A stretch of DNA of 64,000 nucleotides from Marsupella aquatica (lineage: Eukaryota > Plantae > Marchantiophyta): positions 124,001 to 188,000 of the forward strand of contig OZ316897.1 of assembly GCA_973895155.1 (NCBI GenBank), written 5' to 3'. A model generated the notes under the pieces. That model was not told the DNA's origin. It searched no databases and was given only the letters and a program-made list of their open reading frames with translations. Within the stretch, counting starts at the first letter, position 1; every line of letters starts with the position of its first letter. This document shows positions 63,375 through 64,000 of the stretch, piece by piece. The position numbers were made by a program, and so were the translations under genes.

Positions 63375-64000
63375 CCACTAATCCGCATCGCCCATCCAGG
63401 GAGGTCTTACTTTCCTCTGGCTAATTGAGTTTGCAGTTTCCGTGAGATTGCTCTTTGCCAAGAAATGCCTCTCACCGTCCTTCTTAAGACCACACATTCG
63501 TGCTACTCCTTGCGCGACGCATGCTTCCTCCTCATCCGAGTCGGAGAGAATTTGGACATTGCGCTTCCTCTTTAAACGCTTGATTGAACCCAGGTCCACA
63601 GCAGATTTTGTTGTGACCTCAACATCAGGAGACTTGGGTTCTTCCCCATCATCCGCCCCACTCTTCAAACTCCCAGAGGCTGCAGCCTTTCTCTTCTCTG
63701 AAAAACATGTTAATGTCAGACAGGTGACTGAGACAAAATTACTCCGAATGAGCACTACAACACTACCTACACCTTTTGCGAACTTGAAAGCATCGCAAAT
63801 AACAAAGGAAATCAAAAAACAAAACTCGTCTTTGCGAAGTATCGCGCATCGCAATAGAATCGCAAACTGCGAAGCCCAAAGGTTCGCATCCGGTCTTTTC
63901 CAAGACCTTCACAACGCCTTCGCAACTTGCGACACTAATAGAATCGCAAAGGACTCACATTTAAGCGACTCTGTGGGCGTCACGAGAGGATTGCGATAAT

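Larger units (their letters stand above)
56692..64000. mobile_element. Degenerate MULE-like DNA transposon with Ulp1 protease and methyltransferase-like cargo (runs off the window)
   Basis: Begins where A/C homology stops; contains MULE-type transposase, SWIM finger and Ulp1 remnants. TIR and TSD cannot be checked here. Confidence 0.7.

Overview
Plant nuclear DNA, most likely from a moss (inferred from PPR style, TTTAGGG telomere motif and intron signals). The host content is a cluster of PLS-class PPR-E1-E2-DYW genes (organellar C-to-U RNA-editing factor type). Three apparently intact paralogs (A +, B -, C +) each have 17 PPR motifs and sit in duplicated ~7-kb blocks. Each has a 54-codon first exon that the ORF track misses. 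A fourth, diverged copy is a pseudogene disrupted by a Tourist-type MITE and by a ~1.7-kb deletion patched with telomeric repeats. The paralogs have exchanged and duplicated 303-bp PLS triplets and differ at many RNA-specificity residues. The rest is nested transposons. A Ty3/gypsy remnant contains a full-length degenerate Ty1/copia element (344-bp LTRs, CCAAC TSD). That copia contains (i) a 12.4-kb CACTA-like DNA transposon and (ii) a 3.8-kb TG...CA solo-LTR-like unit with a long ORF. The CACTA-like element has an atypical transposase and a divergently transcribed multi-exon gene combining ParB-like, degenerate N4/N6 DNA-methyltransferase-like and FCP1/NIF phosphatase-like domains, with about 25 copies of a palindromic motif in putative introns. 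A separate MULE-type element (SWIM, Ulp1 protease) at the right end also carries a degenerate N4/N6 methyltransferase-like ORF. All domain calls are by eye from motifs; no database searches were run.
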